Program-made: the position numbers and the translations under genes | Shown here: positions 1-9,000 of the stretch, piece by piece | How positions within the stretch are numbered: the stretch's first letter is position 1 | How the letters are laid out: each line of letters begins with the position of its first letter | The notes under the pieces: generated by a model | What the model was told of the DNA's origin: nothing | Database searches by the model: none | What the model saw: only the letters and a program-made list of their open reading frames with translations | Assembly (NCBI GenBank): GCA_964622425.1 | Contig: CAZUQN010000004.1 | Span: 1 to 63,158 of the forward strand | Direction: 5' to 3' | Origin: an uncultured Ruminococcus sp. | Lineage (GTDB): Bacteria > Bacillota > Clostridia > Oscillospirales > CAG-272 | DNA: 63,158 bases

Positions 1-113
1 TTGAAAACTTTTTGTTTTTTTCAAGTGTCTACTCTAAGGGGATTATATCATACTTAACCGATTTGTTCTCTCTTTTTGCTTGTATGGTTATCCCTTTTGG
101 ATTTGACGGTAGC

Positions 114-150
114 ATAAAAAAAGAAGCCCAAAACGGAGCTTCTTTTTTTA
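114..150. terminator. Bidirectional rho-independent terminator downstream of the small lipoprotein gene
   Basis: Stem AGAAGC (122-127) / GCTTCT (138-143), flanked by an A-run (114-121) and a T-run (143-149). Confidence 0.6.
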
Positions 151-159
151 TTATGTTAA

Positions 160-531
160 TTAGTCAACCTTGGTGAGCTTAAGAACGCCGAGCTTGATGT
201 ACTCAACGCCATCCTCTTCACCGGAAGAGAAGTCGAGGGTCTCGGACTCTTCAGCGCCATCTACTTCCCAAGTAAAGGTGATCTTAAGTTCGCCTTCATC
301 ATTCTCAGCAATCTTGTACTTGCCTTCAACAGTCTCAGTCTTAGAGAAACCAAGAGCGCCAACGGAAGTGGTCTTGGTTACCTTGTTCATAGAGAACTCG
401 TAAGTAGTCTTGTTCTCATCGGTAATTGCAACCTCATAGGTACCGCTGAGGGTCTTGCCGCAAGAAGCAAGAGTCATAACGCATCCAAGAAGGAGTACGC
501 AAACGAGAATTGTGGAAATGATTCTTTTCAT
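160..531 (-). CDS. Small secreted lipoprotein, unknown function (123 aa)
   Basis: N-terminus MKRIISTILVCVLLLGCVMTLASC is a signal peptide plus lipobox. AAGGAG RBS lies 8-9 nt upstream of the ATG at 531. Terminator directly downstream. Confidence 0.75.
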   Translation of the reverse strand: MKRIISTILVCVLLLGCVMTLASCGKTLSGTYEVAITDENKTTYEFSMNKVTKTTSVGALGFSKTETVEGKYKIAENDEGELKITFTWEVDGAEESETLDFSSGEEDGVEYIKLGVLKLTKVD

Positions 532-654
532 AGTCTTTTTCTCCTTTTCAAATTGCCGATTATCGGCTGGTTATAATAGAATTATAGCATAGTTTTTTTG
601 AATTGTCTATACTTTTTTTAATTTTATTTTAATTTTAATTATTTTTAATACTTG

Positions 655-683
655 TTGACAAAGCTATGTTAAAATGGTAAAAT
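655..683 (+). promoter_or_regulatory. SigmaA-type promoter reading toward tRNA-Arg
   Basis: TTGACA (655-660), 17-nt spacer, TAAAAT (678-683) preceded by an extended -10 TG (675-676). Predicted transcription start near 690. Confidence 0.5.
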
Positions 684-684
684 A

Positions 685-832
685 GAATGCGGCAAAGCCG
701 CAAATGCGAAGCGCGAAACTTCGGCGCAATGCGCCAATGCGGAATGCGGAATGCAGAATCGACTCCTCCACCGCTTCGCGGAGCCCCCTCATGGAGGGAG
801 CCTACTACGAAGTGCGAATGCGAGCGGCAAAC
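685..832. repeat. Intergenic mosaic repeat, copy A (AATGCGG-type heptad run plus GC-rich hairpin)
   Basis: Heptads AATGCGG AATGCGG AATGCAG AATCGAC at about 739-766, with further GCGAATGCGA units. The 16-nt core CACCGCTTCGCGGAGC (769-784) is identical to 10545-10560. Confidence 0.6.
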
Positions 833-879
833 TCTGAGACCGTTGTCGAAGAATGAAACTATAATTTAATACTTAATTT

Positions 880-956
880 CTGCTCGTAGCATAGCTGGAT
901 AATGCACAGGACTCCGACTCCTGAGACCGTAGGTTCGAATCCTATCGGGCAGGCCA
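880..956 (+). tRNA. tRNA-Arg, anticodon CCG
   Basis: Hand-folded 77-nt cloverleaf. Acceptor CTGCTCG/CGGGCAG (one G-U pair), U8, D stem GCAT/ATGC with a GG loop. Anticodon stem CAGGA/TCCTG with loop CT-CCG-AC. T arm GTAGG-TTCGAAT-CCTAT, discriminator G, encoded CCA. Confidence 0.85.
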
Positions 957-960
957 AAAG

Positions 961-989
961 AACGACAAGTTTCGGCTTGTCGTTTTTTT
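961..989 (+). terminator. Rho-independent terminator after tRNA-Arg
   Basis: AACGACAAG / CTTGTCGTT 9-bp stem, loop TTTCGG, followed by TTTTTT. Confidence 0.7.
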
Positions 990-991
990 AT

Positions 992-1264
992 CCATTGCGA
1001 AAGCAATGGCATATTTGCTATTCGTCGGTCGGACACGACGAATAACGCAATATACCGCAAGCGGTATGCATCACGCTTTAGCGTGTATATCATCCGTCTA
1101 AACGAGCATATCTCGTTTAGACGAGTATATCATCAACCACAGGTTGTATTGCTTTCGCAATGATGATATACAACACTTCATGTTGATGATATGCAAGGCT
1201 AACACCTTGATGATATACACGGCTATGCCGTGATTAAGGATGCGAGGGTTCAAATCCATCGGCT
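992..1264 (+). other. Array of ten short hairpins with conserved GATGATATAC linkers, ending in a tRNA T-arm-like fragment (candidate structured ncRNA or element remnant)
   Basis: Hairpins at 992-1009, 1020-1043, 1052-1067, 1072-1085, 1095-1123, 1134-1146, 1148-1161, 1171-1185, 1194-1209 and 1218-1232. Linker GATGATAT(A/G)C at 1162, 1185 and 1209; its complement TATATCAT at 1086 and 1126. GAGGG-TTCAAAT-CCATC at 1244-1260. Strand assigned from the + strand terminator that follows. Confidence 0.35.
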
Positions 1265-1281
1265 AAAAAATTAAGCGAAAA

Positions 1282-1303
1282 CTCCACCTTGTGTGGGGTT
1301 TTT
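1282..1303 (+). terminator. Rho-independent terminator closing the hairpin-array region
   Basis: CTCCAC / GTGGGG stem, loop CTTGT, then TTTTT. Confidence 0.5.
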
Positions 1304-1306
1304 ATT

Positions 1307-1346
1307 AAAAAGGCAAAGATGCTGAATTTGCATCTTTGCCTTTTTT
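1307..1346. terminator. Bidirectional terminator (also serves the minus-strand heparinase-like gene)
   Basis: 12-bp stem AGGCAAAGATGC / GCATCTTTGCCT, with an A-run before it and a T-run after it. Confidence 0.75.
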
Positions 1347-1369
1347 CTGTTATTAATACTTAATTTCTA

Positions 1370-3298
1370 TTACACTCTCTTAAGCGAGCAGCTGAACGTC
1401 CAGAGGAAGGAGACGGTCTCGCTACCCTTCTTGTAGGAAATGCGGACTCCGTCCTTTACTCTCTCGATCTTAGGCTCGGTGATATCGTCACGCTTAGTGA
1501 ATACGGTGAGATACCGCCTTGAGGTCGGGGACCTATCGATAAGAATGAGTCTTGCTGAGGGGACGGTAACGTCGGTACGAAGGGACTTCAAGGATGGGGA
1601 GACCTCGGCGCTCACTCCCTCGGGGAGAAGGACGTTGATGCGCTCGGACCTCGCAAATCTACCCTCCACCTTGACTGTCGGGTCATCCATATGGAAATAG
1701 ATACGCACGTCACTCTCGGTGAGGTTAAGCACTTCGTCAGCGACAAGAAATACGTCATCGCCGACAAGAGCGCACAGGCGCTTGTGATAGTCGGGGTCAT
1801 AGCAATGGTGAGATGCGTCAACGGCAAAGACGTCGGGGAGTCTGTACGACTTGCGTATACCTCCCTCACGCTGAGGGCCGTATCTCCATCTGTCGATGTA
1901 CTCGTATGGCGGCTTATCGCCAAGGGTAAGCGTTGAGTGATACTCGGGCGACTTGAATATCTTACGCTCCTCGCACTGTCTGTAGGTGAAGAAGGAGGGA
2001 TCGACGACGACGGGATCGCCCTTGAGATAAAGGACGAAGGACATAGGATCCTGATGGGCGTGGCCGTTGAAAACGGGGGTGTGACAGATGAAGCCGAAGT
2101 GAGAGTCATCCTTCTTCCATCCCGTGCGGGCGAAGTACTGATTTATACCGCGCTGAAGATTATCCTCAGCGGGGGCTGTCAAGGCGTATTCACGCGCCTT
2201 AGCCTGGACGTGGGGAGGAACGGCGTCGGCACTGATATCGTCATGGATAGCGAATATCTTGGCTACCGAACCGAGCTCACCGAAAGCGGAATAGTAATCG
2301 CGTGAAATCTGCTCTCCTACCGGTCTGTACGGAGAGTCGCCTATCGGGGCAATGATGCCGTCGGGACCTATACAGATAAGTGTGTAATCGGTCGCCTTCT
2401 TGCAATAGTCAAGTATCTCGGCGGGAACATCAACGCCAAAGCTCTTAGCTACCTCGAGGAAGGAGAAGAACATATTGAGGCAAATCTGATGATAATGAGG
2501 ACTGCCTTCTATCTGTCCGCCGTCGCAGGTAAACTGCGCTCTAGCGCACCTCGTGAGCTCGTGGATAGCGAACTCTCGCCAGGAGTCGGACATATCGAAA
2601 TCCGGGAAGAGACAGGCAACTATCAGAAGGCCGAGCATCTCGTGAATATAGTGATTATGGTTTGCGTCGGGCCAATATCTCGGCGACATCTCGCGAAGAA
2701 CAAGAGCGTGCTCGTACAAGGAGTATGCGATCTTGGAGTGAAGCTCGGGAGTCATTAAGTCGCTGAAAAGTAAATAATCATAGGCAAAATTCCAAGAATC
2801 AAAGGTTCTGATGCCTACTTCAAGAGAGCGCCACGGAGTAAGTCCTGCGAAGAATCTGCGTATCTGTTGCATTTGCTCGGGTGAGGTGTTCTCATCCGGG
2901 AGAGGTCCTAAGGGGCAGGTGTCGATCCAGTTCTCCATATCCGTGAGAACCTTCCTTGCATACTTATCCTCGCCTGTAAGGTGGTAGAGCCTCGAGAGCG
3001 GCTTAAACCATCCCATACGGTTAAGGTGCCAAAGGTATTCCTCGTCGGAGGTGCGGCACTCGTTCCACGCAGGCGGTGTGCCTACGTCAAAAAGCTTGCC
3101 CTCGGTGCCGGGAAGGATGAATAAATTCTTCATATCGTTTTCCACATACGCCTTACACTTCTCGACGTAACCGGGCTTTGCCTTATCCTTCTCAAGCTCA
3201 CGAATAAGCTTATCAAAGCGCGCCTTATGAAGCTCACGCTGATGCGCGAGGTACTCGGCATCGGTATATTTTCCTATCAAAACATTCTCAAGTTTCAT
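1370..3298 (-). CDS. Heparinase II/III-like polysaccharide lyase family protein (642 aa, no signal peptide)
   Basis: Motifs typical of the heparinase II/III N- and C-terminal domains: WRSLEVGIR, DANHNHYIHEMLGL, GSPHYHQ, FNGHAHQDPMSF. GAGGAAAC RBS before the ATG at 3298. Confidence 0.85.
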   Translation of the reverse strand: MKLENVLIGKYTDAEYLAHQRELHKARFDKLIRELEKDKAKPGYVEKCKAYVENDMKNLFILPGTEGKLFDVGTPPAWNECRTSDEEYLWHLNRMGWFKPLSRLYHLTGEDKYARKVLTDMENWIDTCPLGPLPDENTSPEQMQQIRRFFAGLTPWRSLEVGIRTFDSWNFAYDYLLFSDLMTPELHSKIAYSLYEHALVLREMSPRYWPDANHNHYIHEMLGLLIVACLFPDFDMSDSWREFAIHELTRCARAQFTCDGGQIEGSPHYHQICLNMFFSFLEVAKSFGVDVPAEILDYCKKATDYTLICIGPDGIIAPIGDSPYRPVGEQISRDYYSAFGELGSVAKIFAIHDDISADAVPPHVQAKAREYALTAPAEDNLQRGINQYFARTGWKKDDSHFGFICHTPVFNGHAHQDPMSFVLYLKGDPVVVDPSFFTYRQCEERKIFKSPEYHSTLTLGDKPPYEYIDRWRYGPQREGGIRKSYRLPDVFAVDASHHCYDPDYHKRLCALVGDDVFLVADEVLNLTESDVRIYFHMDDPTVKVEGRFARSERINVLLPEGVSAEVSPSLKSLRTDVTVPSARLILIDRSPTSRRYLTVFTKRDDITEPKIERVKDGVRISYKKGSETVSFLWTFSCSLKRV

Positions 3299-3382
3299 AT
3301 CTGTTTCCTCGGTTTGTTTTATGCGCCGAAGCGTGCTTTGGGGTAGCTTCGGCGCTGTTTTAATGAGTGTTTTCTACGTTTA

Positions 3383-5311
3383 TCAAAGTCTCTTCAGTGA
3401 GCAGGTGAACGACCAGAGGAATGCGACCTCATCGCCGCCCTGCTTATAGGAGATGCGGATACCGTCCTCTACTCTCTCGATCTTAGGCTCTGTGATATCA
3501 TCGCGCTTGGTAAAGACGGTGAGATACTGTCTCGACTTATGCGCGGTATCGGTGAGAATAATGCGCGAGGTGGGAACAAGGCTATCTGAATGAAGCGACT
3601 TGTTCGCGGGTACACATTCCGCGCTCATTCCCTCGGGGAGAAGAACGTTTATGCGGTCGGACTTAGCAACTCTGCCCTCTATCTTGACGGTGGGATCGTC
3701 CATATGGAAGTAGATGCGCACGTCGGTACCTGTAACGTTAGCGACGTCGTCTGCAACAAGGAATACGTCATCACCGACAAGAGCGCAAAGGCGCTTGTGA
3801 TAATCGGGATCGTAGCCGTGGTGCGAAGCGTCTGCCGCAAAGACACCGGGGAGTCTGTATGACCTACGGATCTTGCCTTCCTTTTGAGGAGTGAACGACC
3901 ATCTGCTCGTATATTCATACGGGTGCTTATTGTCAAAGGTGAGACAGGAGTGGTACTCGGGTGACTTAAAGAGCTTACGCTCCTCGCACTCGCGGTAGGT
4001 GTAGTAGGAAGGATCGACAACTATGGGATCACCCTTAAGATAAAGAATGAAGGTCATCGGGTCGATCTGAGAGTGGCCGTTGTTTACCGGGGAGTGGCAC
4101 ATAAAGGCAAACTGCGAGGACTCGCGAGTCCAACCCGTACGCGCAAAGTACTGATCGATCTGACGCTGAAGGTGATCCTCCGCCGGAGCGCCTTTAGCAT
4201 ACTCGCGAGCTTTTGCCTGCTCTTCCTCGGGGATGACGTCGGGATCGTGATTTGGGTGAATGGCGAAGAGCTTTGCACAAGCACCAAGCTCACCGAAGCA
4301 GCCGTAGTAGCGGCGGATAAGCTCAGGACCAATGGTAGAATATCCGGTATCTCCAAAGGGAGCGATAATACCGTCCGGGCCTATCGTAGCGATTGCGTAA
4401 TCGGTCGCCTTACGGCAAACGTCAAGTATATTGTCGGGGAGTGTGAGGTCAAACTTCCTTGCAACCTCGGCAAGAGAGAAGAACATACCAAGACAGCCGT
4501 TATGGTATCCGGGGCTACCCTCAACCTGACCGCCGTCCTCTGTAAACTGAGCCTTGGCGCATCTTGAAAGCTCACGGATAGCGAACTCGCGCCAGGAGTC
4601 GGACATATCGAAATCCGGGAAGATGCAAGAGATCAAAAGCAGGCCGAGCATCTCGTGGATATAATGGTTGTGGTCGGCTTTAGGCCAATATCTCGGTGAC
4701 ATCTCGCGAAGAACAAGGGCGTGCTCGTAGAAGGAGACTGCAACCTTGGAGTGTAGCGCGGGAGTCATAAAGTCGGTGTGGAGTAAACAATCGTAGGCAA
4801 AATTCCAGGAATCGAACATTCTGATGCCTACCTCAAGCGAACGCCAAGGGTTGAGACCTGAGAATACTCTGCGTATAGCGTTGATCTCATCGGGAGTAGA
4901 ATTCTCGGTAGGGAGAGGCGGCAAGGGACAGGTGTCGATCCAGTTATCAAGGTCGGAGACAACCTTCTGTGCGTACTCTTTTTTGCCCGTTAGGTGATAA
5001 AGCTCGGAGAGAAGGCCAAACCAATGGGTTCTGTTAAGTACCCAGAGACCTTCCTCGTCGTCGGTGTGCATCACGCTCCACTGAGGCGGAGTGCCTACAT
5101 ACGTTCTGACACCGCGTGAGCCCGGGATCATAAAGAGATTCTGCATTGCGTATGCAGCCTCTTTCTCTTTTCTGTCTATAAGCTCTACGTTGTTAATATC
5201 CTTCTTGATCCAGGCTATTGCCTTGTCGCAGCGAGTCTTATGAAGCTCGCGCTGATGAGCGAGATATTCCTCGTCGGTGAAATTGTCCTTCAAAATGCTC
5301 TGTAATTGCAT
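3383..5311 (-). CDS. Heparinase II/III-like paralogue (642 aa from the corrected start)
   Basis: Collinear with 1370-3298 along its full length, with the same motifs (ADHNHYIHEMLGL, GSPGYHN, NNGHSQIDPMTF). I chose ATG 5311 (MQLQSILKD...) because GGAGG sits 8 nt upstream and it gives the same length as the paralogue. The track ORF extends to 5437. Confidence 0.85.
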   Translation of the reverse strand: MQLQSILKDNFTDEEYLAHQRELHKTRCDKAIAWIKKDINNVELIDRKEKEAAYAMQNLFMIPGSRGVRTYVGTPPQWSVMHTDDEEGLWVLNRTHWFGLLSELYHLTGKKEYAQKVVSDLDNWIDTCPLPPLPTENSTPDEINAIRRVFSGLNPWRSLEVGIRMFDSWNFAYDCLLHTDFMTPALHSKVAVSFYEHALVLREMSPRYWPKADHNHYIHEMLGLLLISCIFPDFDMSDSWREFAIRELSRCAKAQFTEDGGQVEGSPGYHNGCLGMFFSLAEVARKFDLTLPDNILDVCRKATDYAIATIGPDGIIAPFGDTGYSTIGPELIRRYYGCFGELGACAKLFAIHPNHDPDVIPEEEQAKAREYAKGAPAEDHLQRQIDQYFARTGWTRESSQFAFMCHSPVNNGHSQIDPMTFILYLKGDPIVVDPSYYTYRECEERKLFKSPEYHSCLTFDNKHPYEYTSRWSFTPQKEGKIRRSYRLPGVFAADASHHGYDPDYHKRLCALVGDDVFLVADDVANVTGTDVRIYFHMDDPTVKIEGRVAKSDRINVLLPEGMSAECVPANKSLHSDSLVPTSRIILTDTAHKSRQYLTVFTKRDDITEPKIERVEDGIRISYKQGGDEVAFLWSFTCSLKRL

Positions 5312-5490
5312 ATCATTTTCCTCCGTTTTATGCAACCGTCGTGGCTCTTGCCAATTAAAAAACCTTGCGGGAAACAGGACGAAAAACGTGCTGTTCCCTT
5401 CACCGCTAAGTATATCACACAGGGGTGTTTTTTTCAACCGAGTTTTGTCTTTTTTGGAGGGTTTGACATAAATATTTATGTATTATATAC

Positions 5491-5922
5491 AAATGCGAAA
5501 TGCGAAGCGCGAAGCGCGAAATGAATTTACGGACCGTCGGGGTAGCATAGCGAAACCGAGTGTGTTGAACGTAAGCCTTCTCCAGTGGGAGAAGGGGGGA
5601 CCGCTTGCGGTGGATGAGGTGTACTTCGTACAAAGCCTTACAACTACTCATCCGTCTTTTGCTCCGCAAAATCCACCTTCCCTCACAAGGGAAGGCTTTG
5701 TGTGCCCGAGCCCGCAGGCGAGACAGCGGGGACCAAGGAGTGGTGGATGAGTTTTTTAGTTAGCGCATCGCAACCTCACCCACCGTCTACGACGGTCCCC
5801 CCCTCCCCAAAGGGGAGTGTATTGAAGTACAGTTCCTCATCCTAATTTTGCATTGACGCTTTTCATCGTAACTCTGCATTCTGCATTTGCGGCTCTGATG
5901 CACCGCACTTTGCATTTTGCAC
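5491..5922. repeat. Intergenic mosaic repeat, copy B (inverted heptad arms flanking GC-rich hairpins)
   Basis: Left arm AAATGCG AAATGCG AAGCGCG AAGCGCG AAATGAA (5491-5525). Right arm, complementary sense, TGCATTCTGCATTTGC...TTTGCATTTTGCAC (about 5875-5922). Internal hairpins include CCTTCTCC/GGAGAAGG (5576-5595). Confidence 0.6.
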
Positions 5923-5923
5923 T

Positions 5924-5954
5924 AAAAAAGAGCCCGTGCCGGAGCACGGGCTCT
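5924..5954 (-). terminator. Terminator of the 1448-aa lipoprotein gene
   Basis: GAGCCCGTGC / GCACGGGCTC stem. The A-run 5924-5929 is a T-run on the minus strand. Near-identical hairpin at 11066-11099. Confidence 0.75.
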
Positions 5955-6034
5955 TTCCTACCCTTGCGGGTAAGTATGTTATCTATTCTTTAGTAATAAA
6001 TTACTTAAGAGTAGATTATTGCGTTAGAGTTTAA

Positions 6035-9000
6035 TTACTCAGCTGCGGGAGTAGAAACGTAACCGAAGTTTACGTCGTCGAACTTAACACCGGTGCCAAC
6101 AGCGTGAGACTTGATCTGGAAGTATACGCCGTCGATCTTGCCAAGTGCAAGGTTGAAGGGATTGGATGCGGTAGCAACGTACTTGCCATTAATGTAGTAG
6201 TGGAGAGTAATGATGTTGCTATCACTAAGCTCGATGCCTACGGTAACGTCGAACCACTCGGTGAAGCCGTCTTCGCCGATAGCTACTTCGCCAAGAGCGA
6301 TGCCGCCAAGACCGGTAACTGTAACCTTGCCGCCAGCGGGAGCAGAAACCTTGAAGAAGCAAGGAACTGCGCCGTCAGACCAGAAGCTCTTGCCTGCGGG
6401 AACGTTAGCTGCAATTCTCATATCGGTATCAACAAGCTGCATCTCGAAGAGAGTATCACAGTTGAGGCTGAGTGAGAAGCTATAGAAGCCGATCGCGTTG
6501 CTTGCAGCGGTGAAGCCCTCGAAGTCATCAACGCCACCGTTGGTAGCGGGAATCCAAAGAGTAGCCTTACCCTGGAGATTTTCTCCGGGTGCGCCCATAT
6601 CGTTGAGAAGTACGTACTGACCGTCAGCGTTGATTACGGGGAAGCCGGTATCCCAACCGTTACGGTCGCCATCCTTTTCCTCGGTGGTTGCGTAGATGTC
6701 GTTCTCGTCGTTGAGATCCATATTTGCATAAGGAGTCTCGCCGGAACCGTCGAAGTTATAGTTCTTATCTACTACGTAAGAGGTGTTGCAATCTGTGCAG
6801 GTGTATGTAGCCTTACCGTCAGCGTATGCCCAAGTGAGATTCTGGTGAGTAAGCTTGGGAGCGATCTCTGCGTTACAGAGAGTACATACGGAAGCGGAAG
6901 CGCAGGTAGCAGGAGATGCTACGTGACCAAGATCACCGTACTCCTTTTCACAACGAGTACATACTGCCTTAGCCTCACAGGTAGCCTCGCCACCCTCGTG
7001 ACCGAGAGCCTCGCCGTCAACCTCGTTACAGATTGTACAATGCTTAGCGGAATCACAGGTAGCTTCTACCCACTCGTGATCACAGGTGCCAAGAGTCCAT
7101 TCCTTGCCTACAGAGAAGCCGAATGCAACGTCATCAAGCTTAATACCACTGCCCTGAGATGCAGTTCTGCCGCTCATGTAGATAGCGCCGATCTTATGAG
7201 TTGCGATAGGCATAATGGAGCTTACCTGACCAACGCTCTTGCCGTTCAAGTAGTAGTTGAGCGTCATGGTGTCGTCGGAGTTAAGCTGGATGGAGATAGC
7301 AACCTCAACCCAACCGGTGAAGTTGTCTTCGCCAACCTCGATAGTGCCAAGAGTCTTGCTGCTGTATCCCTTAACGGTTACCACGCCCGAAGCGGGAGAG
7401 GTCATCTGGAAGATAGTAACTGCAGTCTTGCTCCAATCCCAATCGGCAGTGCCTCTAGCATCAACGAGCTTGAGGTCGAAGGGAGAGGATGCGTTGTCTG
7501 AATACATATTAATCTTGAATGCTATGAAGCCGATTGCGTTGTTAGCGCAAGAGAAGTCAGCAAACGCGGTGGTAGTATTACCGTGAGGAACGAATACCTG
7601 ATACTGCTGATCAACGTCGTCAAGCTTAAGAATCTGATAGATGCTGTTGCCGTCCTCGACTACGATCTCAGCGTTACCGGAACCGTCGTGAGTGAAGCCA
7701 CGGTCACCGTTGGTGGTGCTGTTACCCTGAAGGGTTTCGGAACCGTCGTACCAGTAGTTCTTATCGGTAGTGAACGCCTTGGAGCATACGGTACAAGTAT
7801 AAGTTACAGCGCCGCTGTCGTGTGCGTAGCCAAGAGTATGACCTGCGGTATCGCCGTAAGCCTTACCACATACGTCACACTTAGCGCGAGTGTCACAGCC
7901 TGCAGTGCCGCCGGTGTGACCAAGAGGCTTGCCCTGAGTAGCGCCACAGCCCTCTACGGTACAGGTCGCGGGAGCCTCACAGGTAGCTGCGCCGAAGGTA
8001 TGACCGTTGGGCTCGCCTTCAGTTGCTTCACAGCCGTCTCTCTTACAGGTCTTAGGAGCGGTACAAGTAGCGTCAGCATAGTCGTGACCAAGAGCCTCGC
8101 CCTCGGTAGCGCCACAGCCTTCTCTCTTACAAGTCTTGGGCTCGGTACAAGTAGCCTCTGCCCAATCGTGACCAAGAACTTCTTCACCGGAGGTGAATCC
8201 ACAGCCGGGTCTGGAGCAGGATGCGGGCTCGTTACAGGAAGCGCCGCCAAGCTCGTGGCCGAGAGCGGGCTCGCCGATCATGTTACAAATAGGACAGTAC
8301 TGAGCCTCGGTACAGGTTGCGCTGATCCAAGCGTGCTCGCCTGCTTCCTTAGTTGCGCCGCAAACGGTACAGGTTGCGCCAAGAGTACAGTCGGTGATCT
8401 CATACTTACAAGTATGGATATCATAAGGCCATGCGCCTGCCATCTGGTTATTGTAACCGAAGGTGATGTCATCGAGCATAAGACCCTTACCTGCAGCGAT
8501 TGTAGAACCGGTGAGGTATACAGAGGATACACCGAAGGTGAGAGTAGTAAGAGGCTTGGAAATAGACTCGCAGTACTCGCCGTCGATGTAGTAGTGAACG
8601 GTGATTACACCGTAGTTGCCTTCGCTATTGATGGTGTTGGGATCAAGCTGGATACCGAACTTAACGTCTACCCAACCGGTCCAGCCGTTCTCATCTGTCT
8701 GAATGGTCTTAAGAACGATGCCGTCCCAGCCCTCGATCTGAACGTTGCCATCTTCGTCAGCAGCTCTTACGATGAAGAAGTTGCCTGCGATACACCACTT
8801 GGAAGACCAACGAATGGACTCGCCTGTGGTGGGATCCTTATCGCCAAGAGAGTTATCAACGAACTGAAGTCTCAAGGGAAGGTCCTTGTTATCCATACTG
8901 GAGTTGAACTTGAAGGAAAGGAAGCCAACCGCGTTGTTAGCGCCGTTGAAGCCGCCGTTACCACCGGTATTGTTGGGGATCCAGAGCTGGAGCTGTCCAC

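Noticed and set aside
992-1264. Considered a CRISPR array or a second tRNA gene in the hairpin-array region.
   Set aside because: The repeat unit is only 10 nt with 13-14-nt intervals, far too short for CRISPR, and no cas genes are present. The T-arm-like fragment at 1244-1260 has a mismatched stem, no matching acceptor 5' strand and no anticodon arm, so it is not a functional tRNA.
866-1368. Considered an intact integrative element or prophage at tRNA-Arg.
   Set aside because: The interval is only about 490 bp, has no ORF and no integrase or recombinase. At most it is a remnant (reported as a low-interest finding).
3383-5437. Longer track ORF starts: heparinase paralogue at 5437, lipoprotein at 24596, VWA protein at 27265, aroC at 36606, aroE-K at 37702, tyrA at 40684, DAHP synthase at 41591, lipoprotein at 46464.
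   Set aside because: The extensions begin at TTG or other alternative codons, or lack an RBS. Internal ATGs with GGAGG-type RBSs give products that start with the expected conserved N-termini or signal peptides.
5312-5475. Possible attenuator or riboswitch in the ~165-nt leader of the second heparinase-like gene (GGGAACAG...CTGTTTCCC followed by a T-run).
   Set aside because: The stem has a bulge, the loop is 13 nt, and the T-run is separated from the stem by 6 nt. I recognise no known riboswitch consensus, so the evidence is too weak to call.
5415-5750. ORFs of 84-90 aa inside intergenic repeat copy B. Likewise 687-869, 866-1093 and 10951-11133.
   Set aside because: They lie entirely within heptad/hairpin repeats or overlap the tRNA. 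They have no RBS, and their peptide sequences are simply translations of the repeats (for example RTVEDAGPYG).
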